Positions 25,561 through 38,400 of a stretch of DNA of 64,000 nucleotides are shown piece after piece. Numbering within the stretch: the stretch's first letter is position 1; each line of letters opens with the position of its first letter. Under the pieces are notes generated by a model. The model saw only the letters and a program-made list of their open reading frames with translations, was not told the origin of the DNA and ran no database searches. A program made the translations under genes and the position numbers. This DNA is from Lytechinus pictus (lineage: Eukaryota): positions 12,402,001-12,466,000 of the forward strand of contig NC_087263.1 of the NCBI RefSeq assembly GCF_037042905.1, given 5' to 3'.

Positions 25561-25622
25561 ATGATGTACAGCACCGGTCGGCCAGAAGGTTCTCGGCTTC
25601 ATTGCCGTAGAGGGAGCTATTG
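25561..25622 (+). CDS. Candidate first coding exon, MMYSTGRPEGSRLHCRRGSY(W/C), of an unidentified host gene
   Basis: CAAAA-ATG context, 20 codons plus 2 nt, then a canonical donor TG|GTAAGT (25623). Preceded by unique UTR-like sequence with two GCCATTTT (YY1-like) motifs at ~25331 and ~25344. Confidence 0.4.
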
Positions 25623-26440
25623 GTAAGTCGAGATTTTTGTCCTATTTTACTGATTGAAAATCGTTCTTAAAATGTTGTGTGAAAAAAAAGACCTAGATTA
25701 GTCCCGATCCCCGATGACAATATTTGAAATCGATAAAAAAAAGAAATAAGAGCAAATTAAAGATTTTTTTTAATATATTTATGTTAGCGCTTCCAAAAAG
25801 AAAGAACATAAAATGTAGTATTTTATGAATTGCCAATGTATCTATTAATTTTATAAAGAGATGATATTTCATTTCCTATACGTATTTCATTTTGTATATG
25901 TCAAGAATCGTGATTATTATCAAATAAAAACCTCTCAAAAAAAAAAAAAGAAAAGAAGACGATTGCCAACCAAACTTGTTCCATCTTTCACATTCGCGAT
26001 CCATCGCAAACCTTTGAATAGGGAGTTTTCGCACTTTGACGCGAAACATTTCAAGAACATAGAAACAATATACCGTCAAATGTCCTTCATGACTAAGAGC
26101 AACCAAGAAGACAGTCTTTGTCGAAAATCGGTGAATCAATACAGCTTCGTCAGGGACTGTAGACAAATGACATATTTGCAATATTTCCTTTGGCTTCAAA
26201 ACTGTGGACGAAACTTCTGTTTCGTTCCATCCATTTTCGACAAAGACCTCCCAGCTGTTCATATTGATTTGACAGGCATTTTCAAGGGATTCACTGTGTT
26301 CTTGAAATTTGGTCTGCGTAGCGGTTGCGAGAACTCCCTTTTAACGGATGCCGATATGGACCTAGTCCGGTTTGGCCGTTGAAAGACTGAGGGAAGCTAG
26401 CGAATGTTTCGAGTTTGTTGAGAGGGTTGGCACTGGGTAA

Positions 26441-26746
26441 AAGCTAGTGTTACTCCAAAACCAAATTCTCCCTAATATATTCGGATCGATTCTGGCCGAA
26501 TGGATTCGAAACGTGTTCGTCTCTGATTCGGGGAGCTCCCTAAATAGAGACGAATGGGTCACGAATAGTTCCCGATTAAGCGTAGAATCGCCAAGATTTG
26601 ACACGAATCAATTTTGGCCATCCCGAATAAATCCGAATGCCACCCGAACAGTGGCAAGAATCGAGACAAGGCATGGAAAGCTGCTCGCATGTGACGTGTA
26701 TTCGTATGGATTCGCAGCTGAATCGGGTCCGGTGTAACACAGGCTT
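26441..26746. mobile_element. Harbinger-like MITE in the centre of a diverged inverted repeat
   Basis: Ends AAGCTAGTGTTACTCC / GGTGTAACACAGGCTT, flanked by TAA/TA. Confidence 0.6.
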
Positions 26747-27709
26747 TAGGGAATTAAGTTGGGAGCTAGTCCCTAGTACGTTAGCTTAATGAAAGGCAAA
26801 ATAGCTTCCCTCTTTCGAGGGCTAAACCGGACTAATTTGGACCATGTTCGGTCTAGCTCAACAAGGCAATGGTCGGTCTCGGCATACATTAGGGCATTTT
26901 AACAGTCACTTCGCAGACGCTTTCTTTAACGCAGGGAATCTTTTGTCAAAAGCGCCCTTCATAACCTTTATAACGAAGCAGCCTTTGTTGAAAAGCAGTA
27001 AATCAAAACAGCAGGGTCGTCCTGGACTCTGGACTAACGACATGTGTGCAGTTTTTGTCCGTTCCGAATCCTAAGACGATGTGCTTTCCCTGTCCACCAA
27101 CTATCGACAGGTCATATATAACAGGTCATATATAAAGGGAAAATGCTCTTGTGATGATAATTACTTTTTGCCGCGAAAATAAACTATGCAATATGTCCTG
27201 AAATATGACTCAAATTTCCTCGACTGTGCATGTGCGGGCACTCATCTGGCATATACAATAGTGAATAGCAATATTCCATCGACCACATTTGAAATTTTCA
27301 TTTGCCGCAAACGATCGGTAAAGTGTTAAAATCTGGTTTCAGTAAATGTCAAATTCCTACTTTTTTCCACTAATTTAAGGTTAATTGATATAATCTGGGC
27401 AAATATCTCAGCGTAATAGTGCTTGGTTATTGATGTCTTGTCATGCGTACAAATTTATGTTTGTTTATTAATATAAAAGATGGAAAATTGATCCAAATGG
27501 ATATTCGTAAAATTTCACTCCTCGGATTTCTTCACTGAAACTGGCGGCTTCGAAGGCGGACATCAAAAAGGTCTTAACTGCCGTTCTTTCTTTTGTGCTT
27601 CTATAGAAATGAACAGCTGCTTGAATACATTTGTTGCCTGTTGGAACTCCAGTCATAGAACCTTCTTGTTTGGTTTTTATGCTTGGCCCATATTTGGAAC
27701 TCTTATTAA

Positions 27710-28301
27710 AGGTCAAGTCCACCCCAGAAAAATGCTGACTTGAATAAATAGAGAAAAATCAAACTAGCATAGTGCTGAAAATTTCATCAAAATCTGATGT
27801 AAAATAAGAAAGTTATCATATTTTAAAGTTTCGCTTATTTTTCACAAAACATTGATATGCACAACAAGGTGAGTCAGTCGATGACGTCCATCACTCACTA
27901 TTTCATTTGTTTTGTATTGTTTGAATTATATAATATATAACTTTTTATGGATTTGACAATAAGGACCAACTTGACTGAACCATATAGTATTAAACAATGC
28001 TAGTTACACATGTTCAGGGAGGAATTAATCGTTGTATCACTTGACAATGAGGAGAAAATAAAAATATTTCACATTTCCTATAATAAAATACAAAAGAAAT
28101 AGTGAGTGGATGACGTCATAGTCTCCTCATTTGCATACCAGCCAGCATGTGCATATAACTGTTTTGTGAAATTAAGCGAAACTCTAAATTGTCATAACTT
28201 TTTTTATTTTACATCCGATTTTGATGAAATTTTCAGTGTTATGCTTGTTGGATTTTTCTCTTTACATTCAAATCAACTTTTTGTTGGGGTGGACTTGTCC
28301 T
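27710..28301. mobile_element. Kolobok-type non-autonomous DNA transposon (copy 2)
   Basis: TTAA TSD (27706-27709, 28302-28305) and AGGTCAAGTCCAC..GTGGACTTGTCCT termini. Confidence 0.85.
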
Positions 28302-28364
28302 TTAAATGTTACTATACCGCGACTACTACTACTACTACTACTCCTGCTGCTGCTGCTGCTGCTG

Positions 28365-28398
<34 letters not shown>

Positions 28399-28889
28399 TA
28401 ATGATAATAAATTATAATGATGAATAGTGATAACATGGACAATGCTTATAATATTGATAATTGTAATTCATTCATTTATTGATTCCACTTTTAAAACAAA
28501 TAACATAATATACATAACAAATGTATTCGTAAACATAGTGTATCAAAGATCAAATTAAATATCTAACATAAGTATTTAAACATTTAAATTAATAGTAATA
28601 ATTACGGGTTATTTTGATGATAACATTTCAAACAGTAATACTAATAATTAACAAAATGATGGTAGGCCTGCATGTACAATATTAATGACAGCGATTACAA
28701 TATTGTAACGGTAATAGTCATGATGATAATTATTATTTCGAAGAAAATTCATGCTGCAAATATCCTTAGACTTGTGAAGATGAATTATAACAAAATATAC
28801 TTTATACCAAAACGTTGAAGCTACTTCGTTATAGGACTAATGAAGAACAATTTTTGTCATTTCAGAAGTACGTCTTTACCAGTGCTTTA

Positions 28890-29002
28890 AGGGGCTTTCA
28901 CAATTGCTCGTGCGATCGTTGTACGATCATTTTGGTCACAATAGAAGTTGCACACAATCGCAACGGTTGTAAGCAGTCGCACCACCAATTGTGAAAGGGG
29001 CT
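28890..29002. mobile_element. ~115-bp Harbinger-like MITE (inverted sibling ~30960-31080)
   Basis: TIR core CTTTCACAATTG with TAA/TTA flanks; the reverse-complement copy lies 2 kb downstream. Confidence 0.75.
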
Positions 29003-32000
29003 TAAATTAAAATGAAAGCGCAGAAGGGATGAAGGGACAGAAATGGGGGGGGGGGGTGCCTTGTTTTACAAAATAAAACAATCTTGATATAAATCGTAGT
29101 TCCCCATTAGTGAGATTACAAATAATGAACCTCGTACTTCGAGCAATTTCAAAAAGGCTGTACAAGCACAGATGTATTTGAACATCAGCAGGTGGAAAGC
29201 AGTTGAGGAAGAGAGATGGAGCTAGATAAAAGCATCATAATGAAAGGGTGATTTTATAATGGCTTTGCGTGTCGCCATGGCAACACCGCCTGTGAATCGG
29301 TGTCCTTTTCATGGTTTCATCAATTCCCTTGAAATACTCGCTTGTTGCAGTATTAAGACGCTTCTGGTCAATTTCTATGAAATTGTTTTTTTTTGTATTT
29401 CTTTATTATGGTAATTATAGCAATAGGATGAAATATGTTTTTGAATGAAACAATTTTTTTTAATCATTCAATGCATTTCATTTTCAACAGAACAAAGTAT
29501 ACAGACAATACAAATTGAGACATGTCCAATATATGATATTTTTCTACAGGTAAAACAAACAAAGCATTATTATATAAGCAAGATAAATTTGTGGCTTGTA
29601 AAAATCTCATTTCCTTATAAATGTGGCATCGTATTAAAAGTAAAGAAAATGCTAAATCTGAGAAATCAAAGGGTTTAGGTATTCTTTTCATTGAAATCTT
29701 AGGAAGAAAACAATCTTTCTCTCTAGTGAACGCTTTTCTTTAAAACAATAAAAACAAACAAAAAAGCAGATTGCTGCCCTCTTTGCCTGTTGATGATTTA
29801 CATTATTTGTCTTTAATGCAGCAAGGTTTGAAAAATCTTTTGTAGAATGAGAAAGTTACGTTCGGATTATCGCGCGAAATAGCCCAGTATAGCTTCCAGG
29901 GAGCTACTTTTAGGCTTGAGTTCTAGGCATTTAGGGAAAACAGATAAAGTAACAAGATACAAGCATTCATACGTCCACACTCTTTTTATTTCTAATATGA
30001 TTTATGAGAAGTCAAATTTGACTCGCAATGACGCCAGCTAGGAGTCACTAACTCTGAACAAGAGTTGATTTCAAGCTGACGCCAGATCTGAGTGCAACGC
30101 TGATAGTATGCAAATGAGAGAGTCAGTGGCTTCACCCACACACACTATATATTTTGTGTTGCTTTGTAAAAAAAAAATATTTTAAATGTTTCTTTTAGCG
30201 ATGTTTTAGAAATTTAACCCACTTAAGTTTTTACAATTTCCCGGGACCCTTTACTCTTTTGTATGTGTGGGTGTATGTAATCTAATGAGGAAATGATACT
30301 TTCGTAGTGTAGTTCTCCCCAAACCTCTCATTGGATATCACAATATTACACGTTAATACTGGTAGTTTTAAACTACTTATCTATTCACACGATTCGATAA
30401 AATATTCTCAGTTTAGAATGTGGTTTGTTTTTAATAATCTGAAAAAATAAATCAATTACATGAATGAATCGGCATTAGTATTATCATGTTAGCATAAAAA
30501 TAAAGTAGTACAGCCGATTTCTTTTCCTTTCCTTTCCTTTTTATACTTTGACATTTCTTGTCTACATTATAGACTCAAGACCTGTTTTTTAGTTTCGAAA
30601 ACATTGTAAATGTAATTAACATATCATTACCGTACATTGATCTTTTTATGCACCCTTCTCAATTTAACGAGCTATATTTTCGCTCTTCAGTTTCTCCCCT
30701 CTATTCCGTCCTTCTTATCTTCCCCATCCATACTTATCTACCTTATCCCCTATATACTCTGTTGACTCTCCTTTTCCTCATTGTCTTTATACTCTGGTCA
30801 TCTTTTCCTTAATATGTCAGGTTACCTAATGTGTTTGTCGTTTTATTTGTAAAAAGTACATTTATAATCATCAAATGTTTGATTGCTATATCATTTTATC
30901 ATTGTATTGTTATATTTTGTCAATCTAATGCAATTCATCCTAATTGGGTGCGACATGTTGGTACCCTTTCACAATTGATGGTGCTACTACTTCCGACCGT
31001 TGCGATTGCGTGCATTATACTGTGACCAAACATGCCAAATGATCGCAAACGATCGCACGAGCAAATGTGAAAGCCCCTTTAATAAAACCGTAAACCATAA
31101 ATCATATAGCATAATGTTTATGCATTTTAGTCATGACGGTTTCCAAAAAAAAAATATTAATAAAAAAAAAAAATTTGGCTTGGCTTTGATCTGTGTGGCA
31201 AAATGTCTGATTTTTAAGCACCCCATCTATAGTTCAACCGATGTACAACGGCTGCCTCAACGCAGATCTATTTTTTTTTTTGTGACTTTTTTTTTAAACA
31301 GACATTTTGCTTTCATACGTGTATACAAAAACACTCTGGTGCACCAATTTACAGGAATGACTAACAATCATAGACACTTTAACAATAGGGTAATTATTTC
31401 TCAGGGTTAAAATTTGCAGAATCAGTCAAAAATAAGTGTTTAGGGGGATTGAACTGGCACACTGTATGTTGTCTTCCATTGCCTGTGCTATAAAGGGCTA
31501 GTATATATCTTTTTTAAAATAACTACTTTAGTAATATAAAGGAAAAATTAGCAAATAAATTTATTTGTGTATAGAAGAAACTGGAACGTTTTTTTGTGTG
31601 AAAACATAACTGTTTTGCGATATTAACGTATTAAGTAGTGAATTCGTATGTTATCATTTGAGTGGGCCTTTATTTCAAGACTACACTGTTGATAATGTAC
31701 CTAAGAACTTTAGGAATTGAAATGTTATTCCCTTTTGTTAGTGAGAATTCTTTTCTTTATTAATATTTTCATAGATCATCGCTCAACAACCTTTATCGTA
31801 TTCGGGAAGTACTCCCCCTATAGTTTGCTGATATCATATTCATCAGTGTTTTGTTTCGCTTGTAAGCTTATTGTTGGTGTTGATTTTTTTCTTTTCTCTC
31901 ATTATTTATTGTTGTTTAAAATAGTATTTCATCAAAGAAAACAAATGAATTAATATTTTTTTAAATGGAGAAATTTTTTATCCTATTTTACATATAATGT

Positions 32001-32536
32001 GTGGCAAAAATAGTCAATCATGACTTATTGCCAAATAAAAACAAGGAATGGAATGGAATTGAATGGCATTATGGGTAATGAACATGGCCAGATATGAGTA
32101 ATTCAGGACTTGAGATGGGGCTATCAAGTTCGGTTGCTGGTTCGTATACTCTTAAATAGTTGTCCAATTTAAATATCTTCTTTTTTTTTTATAGATAATC
32201 CAAAATCCTTCACTTCCGGATGAGGTAAATAAACATTTCTCTCCTCGTTTTGTCAGACTTGCACCACTGGTGTTGATCCGTAACGTCATACTATTCAAGC
32301 AAACTTGACTAGTTGTATGTTAAAGCGACAATGGTTATTATATTTCTTGCGCCACACTAATCAAGTTGCCATGAACCAAACTGTGACAGACTATGAAAAC
32401 TAAGTGCGGCTTTTCTAAACCAGAAACTCCCCCATTTTATGTTTTAATAAAAATCCTGAATACGCACCTTGATTTTTAGTTTACTCATTCAGAGAAGATG
32501 GCATCCAGAAATGTACTAAATATGACATTGTAAAAT

Positions 32537-32670
32537 GAAGAAGAAGAAGAAGAAGGAGGAGGAGGAGGAGGAGAAGAAGAAGAAGAAGAAGAAGAAGTAG
32601 AAAAAGAAGAAGAAGAAGAAGAAAAAAAAAGAAGAAAAAGAGGAAGAGGAGAGAAGTTGGAAATAGAAGA
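32537..32670. repeat. (GAA)n/(GGA)n microsatellite
   Basis: Direct inspection. Confidence 0.95.
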
Positions 32671-33261
32671 AAAAAAAAACCCAAAGGGATCGTCTATTGT
32701 TATTGAAATACTGCCCTCTTTTGGTTGCTGCATGTATAACATTTAAACTTTAATACATTGCAATGTCTGTTGCTCTCCATCCAACCATAGAAAGAACATC
32801 TTCTTCATAAGATTACGATGATATGTATGTGTGGTTTCAAATCACAATGGGACGTGTTACATGTTTTATAATGTTTCCATAGAAACAGAACCTATTCATT
32901 AAGTTCGAAAAAAAATTATGAAATCGTTAGAACGTAATTCGTATTCATTATAAGAGGTTATTTGGAGCTCAATCTGCTAGTAATGAAATTGATATGAAGT
33001 GATTTTTACGTGTGCATCATTAAATGAAATAACTTCAAACACTTATCATTACTGTGCAAAAAATAATCTCGAATCAGAATGAAAAGAATAAATCATATTC
33101 ATGAAACATATTTCTTTTATTTTCAATTGAAGAATTGATAACAACCATACAAAATAAATGACAAATTTTCACAAGCATTTTTCCTTTTGACAAAAATATT
33201 GGTAACTATTTTGTTGACAGTTTGTCAAGAGTGCAATGTGGCTCAAGATGCCAATTTAAAA

Positions 33262-33304
33262 TAGCGCCATCTAGTGGTCAATCTTGACCAACCTACTGAC
33301 GTCA
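33262..33304 (-). promoter_or_regulatory. Consensus CTCF-binding site with an adjacent full CRE
   Basis: TAGCGCCATCTAGTGGTCA (33262-33280) is the reverse complement of TGACCACTAGATGGCGCTA. TGACGTCA lies at 33297-33304. Confidence 0.6.
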
Positions 33305-34009
33305 TTTCACATTGAGACTTCATATCAGAGACACCATTATCACTGTATCTCAAATCTGTGGAGGTAAGGTATGCTGCAACGTGTATACATCATAGTAGAG
33401 CGGTGGTCATACATTAGCATAATACTAATGGCCTGTTCATAGTTTAATGTGCTCGCATTTAATATTAATACACTGTCTATACCGTCGAGAATAATCTATG
33501 GTCATAATTCATTTCAATTCAATCCAATTTCTACGCATAGGGTGTGCATGTAGGTGCAATGCAAGTAATAGAAATATGAATTTATATTGTTTGTATGATT
33601 ATATCATTTGCACATTGTAATTACTTCCATTTTATTCATTTTTTTCTGTTGAAAATGAGAGTAAACGCATTTAAAATTTGACTTTGAAGGAATTGGGCGT
33701 TGTATTAAAACAGCTATGAATGTACCTTTTTCATGTGTAGCCATTACTGATTATAATCAGTCATGATATTGCTATTTTATTTGGTTACCAGAGTAGATCT
33801 TTAGAAATATATGTAAATAACTATTCGGACATTTTTAATGCAACAATGAATGTGCTTATTAGTTTGTAGTATATACGAAGTTAATTTGCCTTTAAATGTT
33901 TTTTGACGATTTTCACTTTATCACTGACATATTCTGAAAGCCGAATTTCTGCTCCTTAAACAACAACAAAAAAGGCAATAAAATCTTGCTATTATTTCCA
34001 ACACCTCAA

Positions 34010-34802
34010 TAGTACAACCACCGTTGCCGACACCACCACCACTATCGTGAATACCATCAGCAAGATTACCACCACAATCACCACGGCCCCTAGCATTACC
34101 ACTTTCATTACCACCCGACTATATTACACCAACATTACCAAACCACCACCACCAGCAGCAGTTGCCGCCACTACCCACACTGCATCCCCAAGCACCACTA
34201 TCACAACTTCTACCACAATTACTACTCCCTTTAGCAGCGCTATTACCATTGCCACCATCCTCGCCACATTGCGGCCACCCTGACCACAAACCCCCACATC
34301 ACCATCCCCAGCACTTATTTTAATACCACCATTATCATCACCAACGGTCTTACCATCATCACTACCAGCAGTACCAACTACCACCACAATTACCACCTTG
34401 AAACCGCCACCATCACTATCCCTACTACCATCACTACCACCAGCATCACGACCCTCAACACCATCGCAACGACCACTGCCACAACAACCACATCTACTTC
34501 GAGACAGCACCACAATACTCATCGCCATTCTTACTAACACCACTCTTATCGCCTTCACCATCGATTTCTCCTCCATCAACTTAACAGCCTGGCCGTAATC
34601 ATGATGACAACATTTACAACTGCCACCGCCACCCTCTACCACACCATACCCCCATCAACTCTACAAACATAACGGCCGCAACAATCCTGGCCATTAACTT
34701 CATCTTCCACTTAATCATCGCTGTCATCAACACAACCACAACAATCATCATCATCACCATCATCAATTTCATTGTCATCATCATTCTCATCCTCAACATC
34801 AT

Positions 34803-34834
<32 letters not shown>

Positions 34835-34870
34835 TAATCATAATATTCGCAACCACCATTTATACTAATC
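34010..34870. repeat. Degenerate (CAC/CAT)n low-complexity tract
   Basis: Direct inspection; it explains several spurious ORFs. Confidence 0.9.
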
Positions 34871-35430
34871 ATAATTATAGATGTCTGTTTCAAAATTTGC
34901 CATCAGTGCACCATTTTCAAGAGAGGGAAAAAATAAAACGCAATGTTCTTAAAAAAAAAACCCTGATCTCTAGTTCCAAACCCATCTCCTGCCGTGCAAT
35001 ACTCAGTATCCTAATGAAGATCTTACACCAATTATCCTGGAAAAGAAACATATTCCAATTAAGAATATTAAAGAAACAAGAATGAAAAGAAAACCAAAAA
35101 GAAGTTCAACACAAATCCAGTTTTCTTCGTTCCCCTTTCACCTTGAACAAGATTCGCCGTTCTCAAAATGTTCCCAACCCCCTCGGGCAAAGCGTCAATA
35201 CCTGTGGAAGCCTCGACCTTTGGTATTTACGTCATAACCACCCTCGATAGTAACGCATCAATCTCCTCCATCCGTGCACTCTTCTTAAAGGGATTTGACA
35301 ACATTGCAGAAGTAATTTGCGACATTCTTATAATTATGTTTGTGGTATATATTATGTTCAGAGGAGCATTTTCTTGAAAACAGTATAGTCAGTGATTTTC
35401 TCTATAAAGGCTGGCCCGTATCCTGGCGTC

Positions 35431-38400
35431 TATGAGGCGCCGAATGTACCAATATTATATAGAACAATTATTTGTTATATAATCATTATTTATTAAATAA
35501 TAACTATTATTTATATATAATTTACATTTTATTTGTAAATAACTACTATTATATAAAATATCATTTCTAATTATTTATATATAATTCCAAGTAATACTTC
35601 ATTATTTGTAAATAATAATAGTTCGACATTCCATTATTTATAAATAATGATTATTTGTTTTTCATTATTTATAAATAATGATTATTTGTTTTTCATTATT
35701 TATAAATAATGATTATTTGTTTTTCATTATTTACAAATAATGATTATTTGTTTTTCATTATTTATAAATAATGATTATTTGTTTTTCATTATTTATAAAT
35801 AATGATTATTTGTTTTTCATTATTTACAAATAATGATTATTTGTGTTTCATTATTTATAAATAATGATTATTTGTTTTTCATTATTTATAAATAATGATT
35901 ATTTGTTTTTCATTATTTATAAATAATGATTATTTGTTTTTCATTATTTACAAATAATGATTATTTGTTTTTCATTATTTATAAATAATGATTATTTGTT
36001 TTTCATTATTTATAAATAATTTGTTGAGTTTTCCATTATTTATAAATAATGATTATTTGTTAAATAATGAAAACGTCTACTTCATTATTTATAAATAATT
36101 TTTTCGAGTGCACCATTATTCTCATTATTTATAAATAATCATTATTTAATGTTCGAGTTTTCCATTATTTATAAATAAAGATTATTTGTTAAATAATGAA
36201 ATATCTACTTCATTATTTATAAATAATAATTTTGTTTCAATAGCCCATTAATCATTATTTATAAACAATTTTTACAGTTTGCCATTATATACAAATAATC
36301 ATTATTTATATACAAATAACCATTATTTATTAAATAATGCCATTATTTATTAAATAATGCCATTATTTATTAAATAATGCCATTATTTATTAAATAATGG
36401 AAAACTCGCTATAACATGCAAATGTGGGACCGCCCATGATATGAATATTCATGATGCGATTTCCTTTTTCGTGATTTTTCTTCACAAATTTTTGTCCATT
36501 TCCTCTTCATAATGACATTTCTTGAAGCAATTTTCTAGGGATATGGTCTGATTGTAATATTCTTCATTTTCTATATAACTTCGTCTTCGTAGAAATATCA
36601 AAAAGTGTAATTTTATACGATTTTTCCTACAGTTCACAATCCCCATAGGCGCGCGTGTACGGTAGGGACAACCGGTGAATCGACGGAGTGCTCTTCATCG
36701 AAATACTACGTTGGTTGGTCCCCGGAAGTGGCGGGCGGAATTTAGCCCGAATCCTCGATGGAAGTCGATCAAGTGCATATGAGCTGAGAGAGTGAAATAT
36801 CAGTGTACTTGTACAGGCCCTTCTACTTTTTATAAATATTTCTTGTTGCTTTTTTTGTTAAGTTAATTTTTCCTGGTGTAGAGATAAGTTTCAGTTCTAA
36901 TAATGCACTTCAAATACATTTTGGAGTGTCTGTTTGAGGCGTTTGGGGCGATTTCACCCTGGCCCCAAAATGCTCGCAACGACAATACGGGGGCATGATG
37001 ACCCCTAAATTTTTAAAAACTTATTTTTCTATTGAAAATTATCTCAAAATTCACCAAAAGTGTGCACGAAAGCCTTCGTATTTCACTTTTAAAACTCCAA
37101 AAAGTGCCCAAATGACAAGCTTGGTCGCTTCGCTGTGTCGCATTCAACTTGAGAACGTTTACGCGTCTGCTTCGATATATCCCCCCCCCCCTCCTCCGAA
37201 AGAAATTCTGTATACGGCCATGCTCTAAAGAGCCTGGCACATTGATTTATGTATACTTTCATTTTCATTATTTTTATCTCATCATCAACATATGGCCTTA
37301 CGCAGAATTTTTTCCAGGGGGGCCGGGGCCGGAGCATGACGCGCGTAAACTTTCTAAAAAAAATCTTGAAAGCGAGACAGCCACGGGACCAAGCCCAAAT
37401 GACAAGCTTGGTCGCTTCGCTGTCTCGCTTTCAACTTGAGAACGTTTACGCGCGTCTGCCCCCACCCCCCCGAAAGAAATTCTGTGAACGGCCATGCTCA
37501 AAAGAGCATATGGCACATTGATTTATATGTACTTTTCATTTTCATTATTTTTATCACATTATCATCATGGCCTTACACAGAATTTTTACCGGGGGGGGGG
37601 GGGGGGGGGGGGGAGCAGCTAGGACGCGCGTAAAGTTTCTCAAAAAAATCTTGAAAGCGAGACAGCGACGCGACCAAGCTCAAATGACAAGCTTGGTCGC
37701 TTCGCTTTTTCAAGATTTTTATGAGAAAGTTTACGCGCGTCCTGCTCCCCCCACCCCCCCCCCCGGAAAAAATTATGCGTAAGGCCATGATGATAATGAG
37801 ATAAAAATAATAAAAATGTGCCAGGCTCTTTAGAGCATGGCCGTATACATAATTTCTTTCGGAGGAGGGGGGGGGGGGAAGCAGACGCGTAAACGTTCTC
37901 AAGTTGATCAGCGACACAGCGAAGCGACCAAGCTTGTCATTTGGGCACTTTTTGGAGTTTTAAAAGTGAAATACGAAGGCTTTCGTGCACACTTTTGGTG
38001 AATTTTGTGATAATTTTCAATAGAAAAATAAGTTTTTAAAAATTTAGGGGTCATCATGCCCCCGTATTGTCGTTGCGAGCATTTTGGGGCCAGGGTGAAA
38101 TCGCCCCAAACGCCTCAAACAGACACTCCAAAATGTATTTGAAGTGCATTATTAGAACTGAAACTTATCTCTACACCAGGAAAAATTAACTTAACAAAAA
38201 AAGCAACAAGAAATATTTATAAAAAGTAGAAGGGCCTGTACAAGTACACTGATATTTCACTCTCTCAGCTCATATGCACTTGATCGACTTCCATCGAGGA
38301 TTCGGGCTAAATTCCGCCCGCCACTTCCGGGGACCAACCAACGTAGTATTTCGATGAAGAGCACTCCGTCGATTCACCGGTTGTCCCTACCGTACACGCG

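Noticed and set aside
25876..26340. RTE-LINE C-terminus (ACQINMNSWEVFVEN on the minus strand) and the 173-aa plus ORF
   Set aside because: The resemblance needs several frameshifts, and the segment is better explained as one arm of an inverted repeat. TBLASTN would settle it.
34047..34893. Thr/His/Asp/Met-rich ORFs (also 4060, 16075, 19227, 28221, 32481, 43594, 58179, 63535)
   Set aside because: These are translations of microsatellites or low-complexity tracts, open in several frames.
36995..37917. ORFs in the foldback centre as a transposase
   Set aside because: They are short, overlap on both strands, derive from MITE repeats and lack DDE motifs.
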